Assembly (NCBI GenBank): GCA_045863335.1
Contig: BTVY01000003.1
Location: 32,001 to 96,000 of the forward strand
Direction: 5' to 3'
DNA length: 64,000 bases
Origin: Candidatus Hydrogenedentota bacterium
GTDB taxonomy: Bacteria; Hydrogenedentota; Hydrogenedentia; Hydrogenedentales; SLHB01
A program made the position numbers and the translations under genes. The notes beneath the pieces were generated by a model, which ran no database searches, was not told the DNA's origin, and saw only the letters and a program-made list of their open reading frames with translations. Shown here one piece after another: positions 31,179 to 42,200 of the stretch (positions are counted from its first letter, which is position 1; each line of letters opens with the position of its first letter).

Positions 31179-32768
31179 ATGTTTCCCCGAACCGGAGTAA
31201 ATACCTTGCCACTTCGCAGCAAAACCGAGTTTGTCCCCGTAGAAATGAGCCTGGTCGACCTTCTCGGTCGCGGCTATGTGGATGCCGTCTGCGCCGCCCG
31301 CGCGCGTTTGACCGGCGAAAATGCACAACGTCTGAGCGAGCAGGCCGCGTGTCCAGTAGATTTCTATCCACGTTCCATGCAGCGCGCCATGCAGGCGCTG
31401 CTGCCGAACGTGGGAAGCTCCTGGTCGAAATCCGCGAGAAACACCGCGTTGGGCGCTGGTTCAGCCGGCTTCGAGGCAAACAGTAAACGTAGCGCCGCGC
31501 CGTTGTCCGGCTATGGGGTCTATCGCATCGGCGAGGATGGACGATTGTATTTTCTCGCCAAGAGCGAACACTACCACGCGCCCTTCGGCCACGGGTTTCC
31601 CGGGTACCGGCTTGTGGATCAGGCTCGCTCGTTGGGAATTCCAAACGCCACGCATAACAACACCCGCGGTCATGTCACACGGACCTTGGAAGAGGAACTC
31701 ATTCGTGTTGCGGCGGGCATCGAACCGGGAAGCCGCTCTGCCGTTCGCCAACATATCGCGTCCAACCGTACCACGCGGCCGAACCGCGTGCTGAACCTGG
31801 AAACCGGCAGCCTGGCCGCGGAAGCCGCGCTCAAGATGATCCTGAGCCGGTTCTACAAGGCCCAATCGGATTCTCCGGAGCCGATTTACGAAGGCCGCGT
31901 GCCGGTCGTCGTGGTCCTCGGCGACGAAGAGGGGGGGATTCAGGCCAACTACCACGGCACGACGATCCTGACACAATGCATGCGCGGTATGTGGGGCGGC
32001 TTGCGCGATGCGCTCGAGGCGCAGGGTGCGCTCCTGGTGCGCAGCGTCCGGCCGAACGATATTGATGAACTCGAGGCCGTCTTTAAGGTCTACGACAAGA
32101 AGCCCTACAAGATCGCCGGGTTCTTCCACGAACTCGTGCTCATGAACTACGGCGGCAAGCGCCTCACGCACCAGTTCGTCCGCCGCGCTTATTCCCTTTG
32201 CACCAAACAGGACGTGCCCACGGTCGTCGACGAGATTCAGTCCTGCGTGTGGAGCCCCCGGCTCTTTCTCTATCGCGAATATGGTGTCAAGCCTACGTTC
32301 GTGGCGGTCGGAAAAGGCTTTCCCGGCGGGGAGTATCCCGCCTCGCGGATTCTATTCAACTCCTCCTTCGATTGCCTGCCCCAGTTTGGCGCGCTCGTCA
32401 CCAACGGACAAGAAGAGCTTGCGTCCTTGTCCTACCTCGTCACTATGCGCTGGGCCGAAGCCAACGCGGGAGTCACCAGCGACGTGGGCGAATACTACGA
32501 GCGCGGATTGAAAGACCTCGCATCGCGGTTCAACACCGTTATCGCTTCCATCGAAGGCCGCCGCCATCTCGCCGGCGTCTACTTCCACGACCTCGACCCC
32601 GCCAGGACCTTCGCCGAACGCCTCAACAAGTCCGGCCTCGACATCAGCGTGCAGACGTACAAGGCAGGCTGTCCGCCCTGCGCGCTCACAAAACTGCCTC
32701 TAATCACCACCCACGAAATGGTCGAATTCGTTCTCGACAGGATGGAGAACGCCCTTCGAACAATCTAA
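31179..32768 (+). CDS. Class-III PLP-dependent aminotransferase
   Basis: ETGSLAAEAALK, NYHG, VVDEIQS and AVGKG motifs; start uncertain. Confidence 0.8.
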   Translation: MFPRTGVNTLPLRSKTEFVPVEMSLVDLLGRGYVDAVCAARARLTGENAQRLSEQAACPVDFYPRSMQRAMQALLPNVGSSWSKSARNTALGAGSAGFEANSKRSAAPLSGYGVYRIGEDGRLYFLAKSEHYHAPFGHGFPGYRLVDQARSLGIPNATHNNTRGHVTRTLEEELIRVAAGIEPGSRSAVRQHIASNRTTRPNRVLNLETGSLAAEAALKMILSRFYKAQSDSPEPIYEGRVPVVVVLGDEEGGIQANYHGTTILTQCMRGMWGGLRDALEAQGALLVRSVRPNDIDELEAVFKVYDKKPYKIAGFFHELVLMNYGGKRLTHQFVRRAYSLCTKQDVPTVVDEIQSCVWSPRLFLYREYGVKPTFVAVGKGFPGGEYPASRILFNSSFDCLPQFGALVTNGQEELASLSYLVTMRWAEANAGVTSDVGEYYERGLKDLASRFNTVIASIEGRRHLAGVYFHDLDPARTFAERLNKSGLDISVQTYKAGCPPCALTKLPLITTHEMVEFVLDRMENALRTI

Positions 32769-32808
32769 CGCGGGTTTCGTCTACAGCCCATCAGGCCTGG
32801 GGTGTCAT

Positions 32809-32877
32809 CAAATTCGAAATCCGAAACTGGAGATTCGAAACAGGCACAGATGTACGAAACTCCAATGGACGAAACGA
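32809..32877. repeat. CGAAA-rich intergenic repeat
   Basis: Five CGAAA(C/T) units (AAATTCGAAATCCGAAAC..TTCGAAAC..ACGAAAC..ACGAAAC). Confidence 0.5.
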
Positions 32878-33036
32878 GGAGTGACAAGGCTCTACTGTCG
32901 TAACGCTCGGGTTCCGCGCCGGGCGGATACTCACGGATTCGCACGCACGCCTTGCCCTTGTCGAGTAGAACGCGTCGCACCGCGCACAAAAGGTGACCGT
33001 CAATCCCCAGGTAGTCAACCCCGCGGTTACAGATGG

Positions 33037-33138
33037 GGGCTGGCCACAGTCTACGGAATCGTCAAACAGAACGACGGTTTCATCAACGTATTTAGCGAGC
33101 CCCGTCGTGAGACCACCTGCCGGATCTACCTGCCGCGA
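33037..33138 (+). pseudogene. Histidine-kinase HATPase C-terminal remnant
   Basis: GLATVYGIVKQNDGFINVFSEPRRETTCRIYLPR with no upstream kinase body. Confidence 0.75.
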
Positions 33139-33237
33139 TACGCTCTCAAAACCGGAGCGGTGCTGAATGGGCGCATATACAATGAAACGGCGTGGCGGAA
33201 CGTGGGCCACGCATCCGTTGGCAGCTATGAATGTAAT

Positions 33238-34332
33238 CTAACGGAATCCCGCATGCTTATCGGGACGCGTCTCCATATCCGCATATTGTTCGTGGATATC
33301 TTCGAATTGGCTGATGTGTGCGAGCATGATGTCAGCAATCGCAGGGTCAAACCGCTTCCCGGTCTCTTCGCGCAGGTTCGCCACCGCATCGTTGGCCGTG
33401 AACGCTGCCTTGTACACGCGCTCGGAACGCAGCGCATCGTAGTGGTCGGCAATGCTCATGATGCGCGCGGCCAGGGGAATCTCCTCCCCCTTCATACCGG
33501 AGGGGTAACCCTTGCCGTCGTATCGCTCATGGTGGCTCAAGACGATGTCGCGCGCAATGCGGAACATCTGGAGGTCGCAATATTGAAGTACGGTCTCAAG
33601 GGCGCGTCCCCCCACCAGCGTGTGGGTCTTGATAGTTTCGAACTCTTCCTCGGTAAGCTTCCCTTGTTTCTTCAAGATGGCGTCGGGAATGCTGACCTTG
33701 CCGATGTCGTGCAAGGGGCTGACATAGTAGATGGCCTCGACAAACTCCGGGGTCACTTGTTCCTCGAATCGGGCATCCTGGGACATCAGCTTGGCGAGGA
33801 GCGTGCTATGGTCGCGCACGCGATAGAGGTGGGCGCCGGTATCGGTGTCCCGTGACTCGGCCAATTCCGCCAACGAGATGATCAGGCCCTGGTGTGCGCG
33901 GAGCAGGTCGAGAGTGGCGACTTGGTTCGCCTGCCGCAATCTCTGAGAAAGGAGCCGTAGAATGCGTTGCGCGAAACGTTCGTCCTGATCTATCAACACG
34001 ATGAACTGCTCCCGGTCCAGGCACAGGAGTTCCACGTCTGAAACGGCCTTGATCGTCGCCGAGCGCGGTTCATCGGCCACCAAGGCCATCTCGCCGAAGC
34101 CATCTCCCGGCCCCAGGCGCTGTAGTTCTCGCTGGCCAACTCCGCTACCTTTCAGCACGGTCGCTTCGCCGGTTGCGATGAGGTAATACGTCTCCCCGCG
34201 GCTACCCTCGGTCAAGATGATGTCGCCCGCCTTGGCGGAGACCCAACGGAATTGTTTCGCGATACGCTCGATCGTTTGAAGGCCAAGGCCCATGAAGAGG
34301 TCGCTACGTCCGAGGTACGATTCAATGTGCAT
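33238..34332 (-). CDS. cNMP-binding domain plus HD-GYP phosphodiesterase
   Basis: FGEMAL..PRSAT cNMP motif; LHDIGK and HHERYDGKGYP. Confidence 0.92.
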   Translation of the reverse strand: MHIESYLGRSDLFMGLGLQTIERIAKQFRWVSAKAGDIILTEGSRGETYYLIATGEATVLKGSGVGQRELQRLGPGDGFGEMALVADEPRSATIKAVSDVELLCLDREQFIVLIDQDERFAQRILRLLSQRLRQANQVATLDLLRAHQGLIISLAELAESRDTDTGAHLYRVRDHSTLLAKLMSQDARFEEQVTPEFVEAIYYVSPLHDIGKVSIPDAILKKQGKLTEEEFETIKTHTLVGGRALETVLQYCDLQMFRIARDIVLSHHERYDGKGYPSGMKGEEIPLAARIMSIADHYDALRSERVYKAAFTANDAVANLREETGKRFDPAIADIMLAHISQFEDIHEQYADMETRPDKHAGFR

Positions 34333-34445
34333 GCGCGCATCTCCGGTTATGTCTTTTGGTTGTCATGGGCACCGCGTCCAAGATGGAGGATCTCCGCTTG
34401 TGATCACTCAACCGCGCGCCGCGTCCACAGAGCGTGGGACGCCAA

Positions 34446-36497
34446 TTAGTGTACACGATTCGTGAGCCCCTTGATGCTGTACACGCAAATCGGCGTCTCT
34501 CTCCCGCGTATGGTCAAGGGGCCAAACTTCTCAGCGTCGACGTAATCCTTGATCTGTTCGTAGGTGGTTTCGTTGACCAGGATATCGGATTGGAGATCCT
34601 TGGTGAGCGATTCGATGCGCTGCGCGTAGTTCACGTGCTGCCCGATGGCGGTGTATTCGAGACGGCGCGCGGACCCAATGTTGCCCACGATGACCTCGCC
34701 GGTGGAAATCCCAATGCCTATTTGAAGAGGGGGCTTGCCGCGACTCACCCATTCTGCGTTCAACTTGCGCAGCATTGCCTGCATTGCCAGCGCGACCTTC
34801 ACGGCGCGAAGTGGATCGTCCTTGTGTTGCACGGGAGCGCCAAACAACGCGAGCACGGCGTCTCCCATGAATTTGTCGAGTGTGCCTTCATTGGCGAGGA
34901 TGATGTCGATCATCGCGGCAAAGTAGGAGTTCAGGAACTTCACGAGATCTTCGGGATCCATTTTTTCGGACATTGACGTGAATCCGCGGATATCCGATAA
35001 TAAAATGGTGACCATTCTGCGCTCGCCGCTCACATTCACCGGCTTGGAACTCCTGAGGATCTGATCCACAATCTCGGCGCTCACGTACCGCGCGAACGAC
35101 TGCCGCAGCAGTTGTTTGCGTTTCTCTTCGTGTCGCAGACGGACCAACGTGAGCAGCGAGGACCCTGTCACCATCATGGTCATCCCGGGGAGGGGAGACC
35201 AGAAGACGCCCCACCAGTTGAAGACGGCCCAGGATCCCAGTGCCAGCGCGACCACGGCCCCTGCGGTCACCACCGCGCTCAAGGTGACCCGCGTCCACGC
35301 GACCAGGGCGCTCACGAGGAGTCCCGACAGGAGTATGACGAGGGCCTGCGCGCCGCGAATCCATGCCGGCTCGACAAAGAAATCCGCTCGCAGTATTGCG
35401 TCCGCAACCAGCGCGTGGAGATCCACTCCCGGGCACAACTGCATGACCGGCGTCGCGTGCGTATCCTGCAGCCCGCTCGCCGAGGACCCGATAAAGACGA
35501 TTTTACCCTGGAGTCTCTCGGGATCGACTTCGCCCTCCAGCAGGTCGAACGCGGAGATGTGGCTGAAACGGTCCGTCGGCCGCTTGCGGAACGGGAGCAA
35601 CATGTTTCCGGCTGAGTCTGTTGGAATGATGGTCTGTCCAAGGTGCAGTTCCATTACGCCCGCGTTGGACCACTGCATCACAACTTGGTTTTCCCCGGAG
35701 GCGGCAAGCAGTGCAGCCACAGGAAGACTCGGAACCCACTCTTCGCCAGAACGCAGCACGAGAGGGGCTCGTCGGAGTTTGCCATCCCGATCTGGCAGTG
35801 TATTGGTGGCCGCCACGAAGGTGGCTGCCTTGGCCAGTTCGGGAAGTGGGCAGACGGTCCCCGAGGCAGTGGGAATGGGTGGCGTCCCGTCCGTGCCGGG
35901 AAGCGCGCGTAGCACGACACTCAATGGTCTTCCGCAACCCCCGCCGACGCCTGGCTGCGACGCGTCGAATTTCAGGTCCGCGCCCAGGACCACGGTGTGC
36001 CGGGCCACGGTTTCCGCCAGAATCCGGTCATTGTTCAGTAAATCGGCCGGTATTCCGCCCAGGTCAAGATCGATGCCGCGGTCCTTCCGGTAGAGGTCGC
36101 TGACGGCAGTGAGGGAGATCCGATCGGGTTCCGCGAACAGCAGGTCCAGCGCAATGCTGCGCGCACCCAGGGCGGACGCTTGTTCGACAAGTTTCGCAAT
36201 ATGGTAGCGGGGCCACGGCCATTGTCCCACCTTTGCCAGGCTCGATTCGTCAACATCCACGATGGCCACTTCTGGGGGCGCGGACGGCGCCCCGAGGAAA
36301 CGGACCATTTCGTCGTAGCCCACGTACTCGAAGGCCTTGACTGGAGAAGGGGGAAAGACCACAAAGACGAGGAAGGACAGGGTGAGTAGTCCGCCGAGCA
36401 GTAATACAATACGCGACGTCGGAGCAAGCACCTGACCGTCGTCGGAAGCCCCGCGAATCAGCCGCACCAAGCGGTCACCTATTCTGACCAGCATCAC
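34446..36497 (-). CDS. CHASE2-domain class III adenylate/guanylate cyclase
   Basis: GQWPWPR (CHASE2), three TMs, SDIRGFT, DKFMGD and EYTAIGQHVNYAQRIE. Confidence 0.93.
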   Translation of the reverse strand: MMLVRIGDRLVRLIRGASDDGQVLAPTSRIVLLLGGLLTLSFLVFVVFPPSPVKAFEYVGYDEMVRFLGAPSAPPEVAIVDVDESSLAKVGQWPWPRYHIAKLVEQASALGARSIALDLLFAEPDRISLTAVSDLYRKDRGIDLDLGGIPADLLNNDRILAETVARHTVVLGADLKFDASQPGVGGGCGRPLSVVLRALPGTDGTPPIPTASGTVCPLPELAKAATFVAATNTLPDRDGKLRRAPLVLRSGEEWVPSLPVAALLAASGENQVVMQWSNAGVMELHLGQTIIPTDSAGNMLLPFRKRPTDRFSHISAFDLLEGEVDPERLQGKIVFIGSSASGLQDTHATPVMQLCPGVDLHALVADAILRADFFVEPAWIRGAQALVILLSGLLVSALVAWTRVTLSAVVTAGAVVALALGSWAVFNWWGVFWSPLPGMTMMVTGSSLLTLVRLRHEEKRKQLLRQSFARYVSAEIVDQILRSSKPVNVSGERRMVTILLSDIRGFTSMSEKMDPEDLVKFLNSYFAAMIDIILANEGTLDKFMGDAVLALFGAPVQHKDDPLRAVKVALAMQAMLRKLNAEWVSRGKPPLQIGIGISTGEVIVGNIGSARRLEYTAIGQHVNYAQRIESLTKDLQSDILVNETTYEQIKDYVDAEKFGPLTIRGRETPICVYSIKGLTNRVH

Positions 36498-36521
36498 CGA
36501 TCCGCCAGCGCCCCCGGTAGG

Positions 36522-37127
36522 TTATCGGACCACCACTTCGACGCGGCGGTTTTTGGGTTCGTCCACGTTGTCCTCGGTTGGCACAACAGGTTTGCTTTCA
36601 CCGTAATACTCGATCGTCAAGTTCTCGGCGGGGATACCTTGTTCCACCAGCAAGGTCTTGACCGCGTTCGCGCGGTCCAGGCTCAACTTCATGTTCGCAG
36701 CGTCCTCGCCGGTGCGGTCCGTGTGTCCGTTCAGGCTGATGTCGTGCGAATCCCGCTGCCGTACTTCCGCCAAAACCTGCTCCAAGATGGGCTTTGATTC
36801 GGTGGACACCTTGCTCGAACCGCTGTCGAAATAGATGCTGAATCCTTTTGGCGAAGGCGGTACAATGGCGAGAGCGTCCGCGAACTTGGCCTGAATCTCA
36901 TCGTTTGTCGCCACGCGTGACTCGGAGAACGCCTTGTCCGCGCGCGGGGTCGCGACGGTCTCGTTGGCCTTGTTCAGAGTTACACTGGCTGCCTGGTTGG
37001 TTACCGTGACCTGTCCCACATGCCCTTCCGGATCAGGTACCAGGTAGAAGCTCGTCTGCCGCTTCGTCGCACATCCGGCCGCGACGCAAAGAAGAATCAG
37101 CGCCACGATGAGGTTCGCGTACTTCAT
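36522..37127 (-). CDS. OmpA-family lipoprotein
   Basis: Lipobox AAGC; GHTD, N.KLS.DRA, YGESKP and NRRVEV motifs. Confidence 0.92.
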   Translation of the reverse strand: MKYANLIVALILLCVAAGCATKRQTSFYLVPDPEGHVGQVTVTNQAASVTLNKANETVATPRADKAFSESRVATNDEIQAKFADALAIVPPSPKGFSIYFDSGSSKVSTESKPILEQVLAEVRQRDSHDISLNGHTDRTGEDAANMKLSLDRANAVKTLLVEQGIPAENLTIEYYGESKPVVPTEDNVDEPKNRRVEVVVR

Positions 37128-37612
37128 TTTGCCTTCTCCGATCGCTTCGTCGCCTTGGGCGCCGGCACTTCGACCAACAGTTCCGTGCCTCGAACCGCTG
37201 CCACACCGGACGGGGTTTCAATCTGCGCCGAACCGGGCGCCAGCTTGGCAATCTGACCAGAGATATAGACCAAAGTGCCTTTGGCGACACCAAGCGTCAT
37301 CCCCAGGATGCCTTCATCGGGCTTGAACTTGAACTCGGACATCTTGAGCTCGCTCGAAGGACCCAGCGAAAGCGTGGTGTCGTCCCTCAGGACCACCCCA
37401 ACACTTCCTTCCTCGTTCGTCCGGATCACGTCCGAGGCGTACACGCGCGTGCCTTTAGCGGCGGCAATCTCATCGCCCCCGCGGATCACCTGGACCGTTC
37501 CCTTGACGTCCGTGATGCTCCCGACCAGCTCTTGCTGGGTTTCCGCCAAGGCGGAAAGGCAAGTTGCCAGCGTGATTACTGCAATCAAGGCTGGATGCGA
37601 TTTTCCCATCAT
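37124..37612 (-). CDS. Secreted FecR-domain protein
   Basis: Signal peptide; D.IRT..GS, LGPSSEL and TPSGVAAVRGT; RBS GGAGG. Confidence 0.88.
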   Translation of the reverse strand: MMGKSHPALIAVITLATCLSALAETQQELVGSITDVKGTVQVIRGGDEIAAAKGTRVYASDVIRTNEEGSVGVVLRDDTTLSLGPSSELKMSEFKFKPDEGILGMTLGVAKGTLVYISGQIAKLAPGSAQIETPSGVAAVRGTELLVEVPAPKATKRSEKAK

Positions 37613-38219
37613 CTGCACCTCCCAATGCTGAAGGCCGCGCCCCACGTCAATGCCTTTAATCTAGTTATACCCCAAGAAGTCGGAAAAGGACAGCAGGATA
37701 TCGAGTATCCGCGCTGTTTGAGGAGAGAGGCGTTGCCGCAAAACCGGACGCTTCAGGCACAATAATTGATTGGTAACGTGTGTTAAGGTTACCGGTTACC
37801 CGTCGATTGAATGGTGCAGCCCGCATGAGGGAAGCTCTCAAGGCATCTCGGTTGCCTCCCGACTCAAAGAGATGCGAAGGCGTGCAAAATCCCTGCTGAG
37901 GCTGGCGAGACGGGCCGGGGAGAGGCGGTTCTCCCCGCTTCCCCTGATACCGTCGCGCGGTGGATTACAGCCACGCCGAAACCCGGAAGCCCGCGACCCT
38001 GCAAAGGCGGCTGGCGTCGATCGGCGTGGCGCATCAAGCAGCGGGGCACACGAGTCCGGCCAGTGCTCCGCCGGTGCGAGCCACCATGTAAGGCATTCGG
38101 CGCACCGTCCGCATGGCGCAGCAGAAAGCGGCATCCTTGCTTGTCGAGCACATTCGGGTAGCCGTGCGTGTTCTCGACGATTCCCCGCACGGCATCAGGG
38201 ATAAGGCGGTTCTTCTGCT

Positions 38220-38851
38220 TGGGTTGGCCAATTGACTCGCGAATGTGTGCCTCAACCCGTGCGGGGTAACGCCGTTCAGACCCGCGTCCTCGACTATGGT
38301 ACCGTACGCTTCGGTGAGGTCTACGCGGTAGACGGATTCTGCGCCGTCCTTCTTTTGCCTGTCGAGGTAGACGATAAATTCGTCGGCATTGCACTTGTAG
38401 GCTTCCAGAATGCCCCGCGGCCGCGAGTTCATCGGTATCTTGCGATTGCCGCCATGAAGGTGCTGGACAAGGCGAGCAGGGAGGAGCGCACCGTGCTTTT
38501 CTCGCGGCCCTTCTCGTCTAGCAGGTGCGACTTGTACTGCGCTATGGTTTCCGTGGTAACATCGCTCAACCGGACCGGCTTCGCCCAGGGGGTGAAGTGT
38601 TTCCATTCCTGGAGCAGGGTTTTGGCAGTGTGTGGCCGTTTCGCGGCCCTTACGTGAGCAGGGAGCAGCGTGGTGAATTCGTCTACAGCACAGTCCTTGC
38701 GGTTCCCGGCGGGAATGCCGGCCTCAAGCGCCTGTTCGATCTCTACCAGCTTCGCCCGCGCCCGCCGTACCGACTTGGTTTTGAGAGACTGCCGATTAAC
38801 CTTACCGCGCTCGCTGAACTTCGCGTACCAGACGCCATCCCGCTGGTACAT
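38220..38851 (-). pseudogene. Degraded tyrosine recombinase/phage integrase
   Basis: N-terminal YQRDGVWYAKF..RQSLKTK plus SAM-like domain ends at a stop at 38429; a second frame carries TPHGLRHTFASQLA; much of the catalytic core is missing. Confidence 0.85.
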
Positions 38852-38970
38852 GCTGGCCGTGTCTTGCGCTCCCCTGAGTACACCGTTTGGTACACAAACC
38901 GCATTCAACGAGAGCGCCTTGCCGCGCTTAAACTGTTCTATTAATAGGCTTTAGGTGGCCTATTCCTTCC

Positions 38971-39042
38971 GCCCCGATAGTTCAATGGATAGAACAAGTC
39001 CCTCCTAAGGATTAGATCCGTGTTCGATTCACGGTCGGGGCA
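38971..39042 (+). tRNA. tRNA-Arg(CCT)
   Basis: Cloverleaf: GCCCCGA/TCGGGGC acceptor, GTTC/GAAC D stem, AGTCC-CTCCTAA-GGATT anticodon arm, CCGTG-TTCGATT-CACGG T arm; CCA not encoded. Confidence 0.96.
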
Positions 39043-39112
39043 TTTTTCTCTTATCGGCAATTATCTGCTCGTTCCGAAACGTAGTGGAACGCTTCTCCGC
39101 TGCTTGCCAAAT

Positions 39113-39183
39113 GAAAAAGGCAGCCCGTAGGCTGCCACATTTGGTGGTTTACCTTGTTAACGTCTTGTAAACCCCATTTTGCG
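39113..39183 (-). ncRNA. tracrRNA
   Basis: Anti-repeat GCAAAATGGGGT-TTA-CAAGACGTTAAC pairs with the repeat 5' part; ends in GGCAGCC-TACG-GGCTGCC-TTTTT; upstream TTGACA-19-TATAAT. Confidence 0.85.
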
Positions 39184-39188
39184 TCATT

Positions 39189-39219
39189 ATTATAGCCCTG
39201 TCGTACCATGCGCTGTCAA
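39189..39219 (-). promoter_or_regulatory. tracrRNA promoter
   Basis: Consensus TTGACA (39219-39214) and TATAAT (39194-39189), 19-bp spacing. Confidence 0.65.
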
Positions 39220-39248
39220 GTGCCGAACCAAAATGAGGGGGCGTCGTT

Positions 39249-42200
39249 ATGACCCAGTACAGGTTGTCTCTGGACATTGGCACAAATTCCATTGGTTGGT
39301 GTGCACTAACGTTGGAGAAGACGAATGAACGTCTACATCCAGTCGGGATACTGGACATGGGGGTCCGCGTCTTTCCGGACGGTCGAAACCCGAAAGACGG
39401 TTCGTCAAACGCAGTGAAGCGTCGGCTCGCTCGAAGTATGCGTCGGAACCGAGACCGATATCTCGAACGGCGCACGAGATTGCTCGAAACACTGGTTGAG
39501 CTTGGCCTGATGCCCACAGGAGAGAATGAGCGACGCCGTCTCGTCACTCTGGACCCGTACGCTCTTCGGGCACGTGGTCTGAACGAACGGCTTACCCTGT
39601 TCGAACTGGGACGGGCCATTTTTCACTTGAATCAGCGTCGTGGTTTCAAGAGCAATCGGAAGCAAGATGCGAAGGATAAAGAATCTGGGATCATCAAAAC
39701 AGCTATTCAGGGCCAACGGTCAAAAATGGACGCCGCTTGCGCTCGTACTTATGGGGAGTACCTATTCCTCCGACGCGGAAAGGGCGAGGACGTTCGAGCG
39801 AGACTCAGGACCGTTCGAATTACAGAGGACAACGGCAGAGAGAAGAACCAAGAATACTATGACATCTACCCGTCCCGCGAGAACATTGAGGAGGAATTAA
39901 ACACGCTGTGGCAAACGCAGGCCGTTTATTACCCAGAAGCACTAACCGAAGACGGTCGCAAGGAGATTCGCAACATTATCATTGACCAACGAGACCTGAA
40001 GAAACCAGCGGTAGGCAAGTGTACTTTTGAGAGAGATGAGGATCGGGCGCCCAAAGCATCTCCGTTGGTACAGCGCTGTAGGATATACCAGGAACTAAAT
40101 CACCTTACGATTATCGACACGAGAACTCTGAAAGGACGCGCACTTAGAATCGAGGAACGCGATAAGCTGGCGGCATTGCTATGCCAGCCCAGGGGAAGCA
40201 AAAAGACTAAGCCCGAAGTTAGCTTCGAGAAGATGCGGGGAATTCTCGGTTTTGAATCTTCCGTATTCTCCTTGGAGTCCGACAATCGGACTGGACTTGA
40301 AGGAGATGCGACTTCGGCGTTTCTCGCACACAAAGATCGGTTGGGACGGCGCTGGTACGAGCTTTCGGACGAAGACCAGGAAGGGGTAGTGTCTGCGCTG
40401 CTTGATATGAGTGACGAAGAAGAACTCATTGAATTCTTAATGGACCGTTTCAGCCTTGACCGAGAACATGCCGAGAACACTTCAAACACATTCCTTCCGG
40501 ACGGCTATAGCCGTCTGGGAAAGTCCGCAACGCACAAGATACTTTCTCAATTGGTTGATGAAGTCATACCCTATTCGGAAGCGGTAGTCCGGGCTGGCTA
40601 TTCCTCCCACTCGTTGTTCTCAACCGGGGACGCCCGTGAACGTCTTCCGTATTACGGCCAAGTGCTAGAACGCCATGTTGTGCCTGATCCTGAGAAAGGC
40701 GGCCATCCAGCAGTAAGTAACGAAAAACGGTACGGCAAAGTGACCAACCCGACCGTTCACATTGCGCTTAACCAACTCCGGAAAGTTGTGAACGAGATCA
40801 TCAAGCTGTACGGCAAACCTGCTGAGATTCATGTAGAGGTGTTGCGCGATCTCAAGAACAGTATCAAGCGTAAAAGGGAAATCGAAGCCGAGCAAAAGGC
40901 GAACAAAGATATTAACGCCGAATGCGCCCGACGCCTTCGCGAAGAGTTTAACCTGGTGGTAAACCGCGAAAACATACAGCGCCTTCGTCTTTTCTCTGAG
41001 TTGGACCCTACGAATCGGGTGTGCGTGTATTCGGGCGGGAGTATTACTGCAAGGAACCTTTTTACGCCGGAGGTGGAGATAGACCACATTCTGCCGTTCA
41101 GCCGAACACTGGACGACAGCATGAGCAATAGGATTCTGTGTCTACGGGAGGCCAACCGGGGAAAGTCGAATGCCTCGCCTTTTGAGGCGTGGGGTAATAG
41201 CAATGACTGGGGAGATATTCTGAGTCGGAGCGCTCTGCTGGCAAAGAACAAACGTTGGCGTTTCGCCGAAGACGCGATGGCCCGGTATGAAAAGGAAGGC
41301 GACTTCATCGCGCGGCAACTGACGGATAGTCAGTATATCGCTAAGCTTGCCCGAGCATACCTCGCGGTGCTTTATCCGCAAGACAGCTCGCACAAAGTGG
41401 TCTGTATTCCGGGGCGCCTAACCGGAATGTTTCGACACCACTTCGGTCTCGATTCAGTGCTCGACGAGGTGAATCCCGCTCGAAAGGAAAGCGGAGCGCC
41501 CTTGGGGGAGAAGAATCGAAACGACCATCGAAATCACGCGTTGGACGCCCTCATAGTAGGGCTGATGGATAGAGCTTTTCTGCAACGGGCTGCAAGGGCC
41601 AACGCAATTCAGGAACATGCGGGTGTTCAAGGGGTGCTGACGGGATTCGAGGAGCCGTGGAGTGATTTTCGGGCGTCTGCACGTGATGCTATTGCCAAGA
41701 TCGTCGTGTCTCATAAACTCGATCACGGTATCGAGGATGCTCTTCACAATCAGACGGCATACGGATTTGCACGACGCGCAGATTCTCGCGGTAACGCTAT
41801 TCACCGTATTGCAGTATCGGACTTGAAAGTGACGAGCATCCGATACATCCGAGGGAGGCTGCTGCGTTCTCAATTGGTGGCAGCCTTGTCTGGCTTGTCT
41901 CAACAAGAAGCTTACAGTCTGTTGGAAGAACTCGACAGTGGAAGGAACGACCCGAAAACTACGCTGGAATCCATTTGTGATTCCGATGGGAAGGGATCAA
42001 AGGACATCGAGATGCGTGCACAAGCCTACTTCCGATCAAGGGGTGTTAGGCGGATTAGGTTAATTGAACCGATAAAGCTAATTCCCATACGGGACAAAGA
42101 GGGCGCGGTCTATAAAGGCTTCAAGCCGGACCGCAATGCATATCTTGATGTATTCGAGTCAGACAACGGTGGTGGGTGGATAGGAGACCCTGTGACTTGT

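Noticed and set aside
32881-33855. 324-aa ORF as a real gene
   Set aside because: Only about 34 codons resemble a kinase tail; the rest is antisense to the HD-GYP gene
39228-39245. CAAAATGAGGGG upstream of cas9 as a repeat-like autoregulatory target
   Set aside because: Short match that is explained by the cas9 RBS
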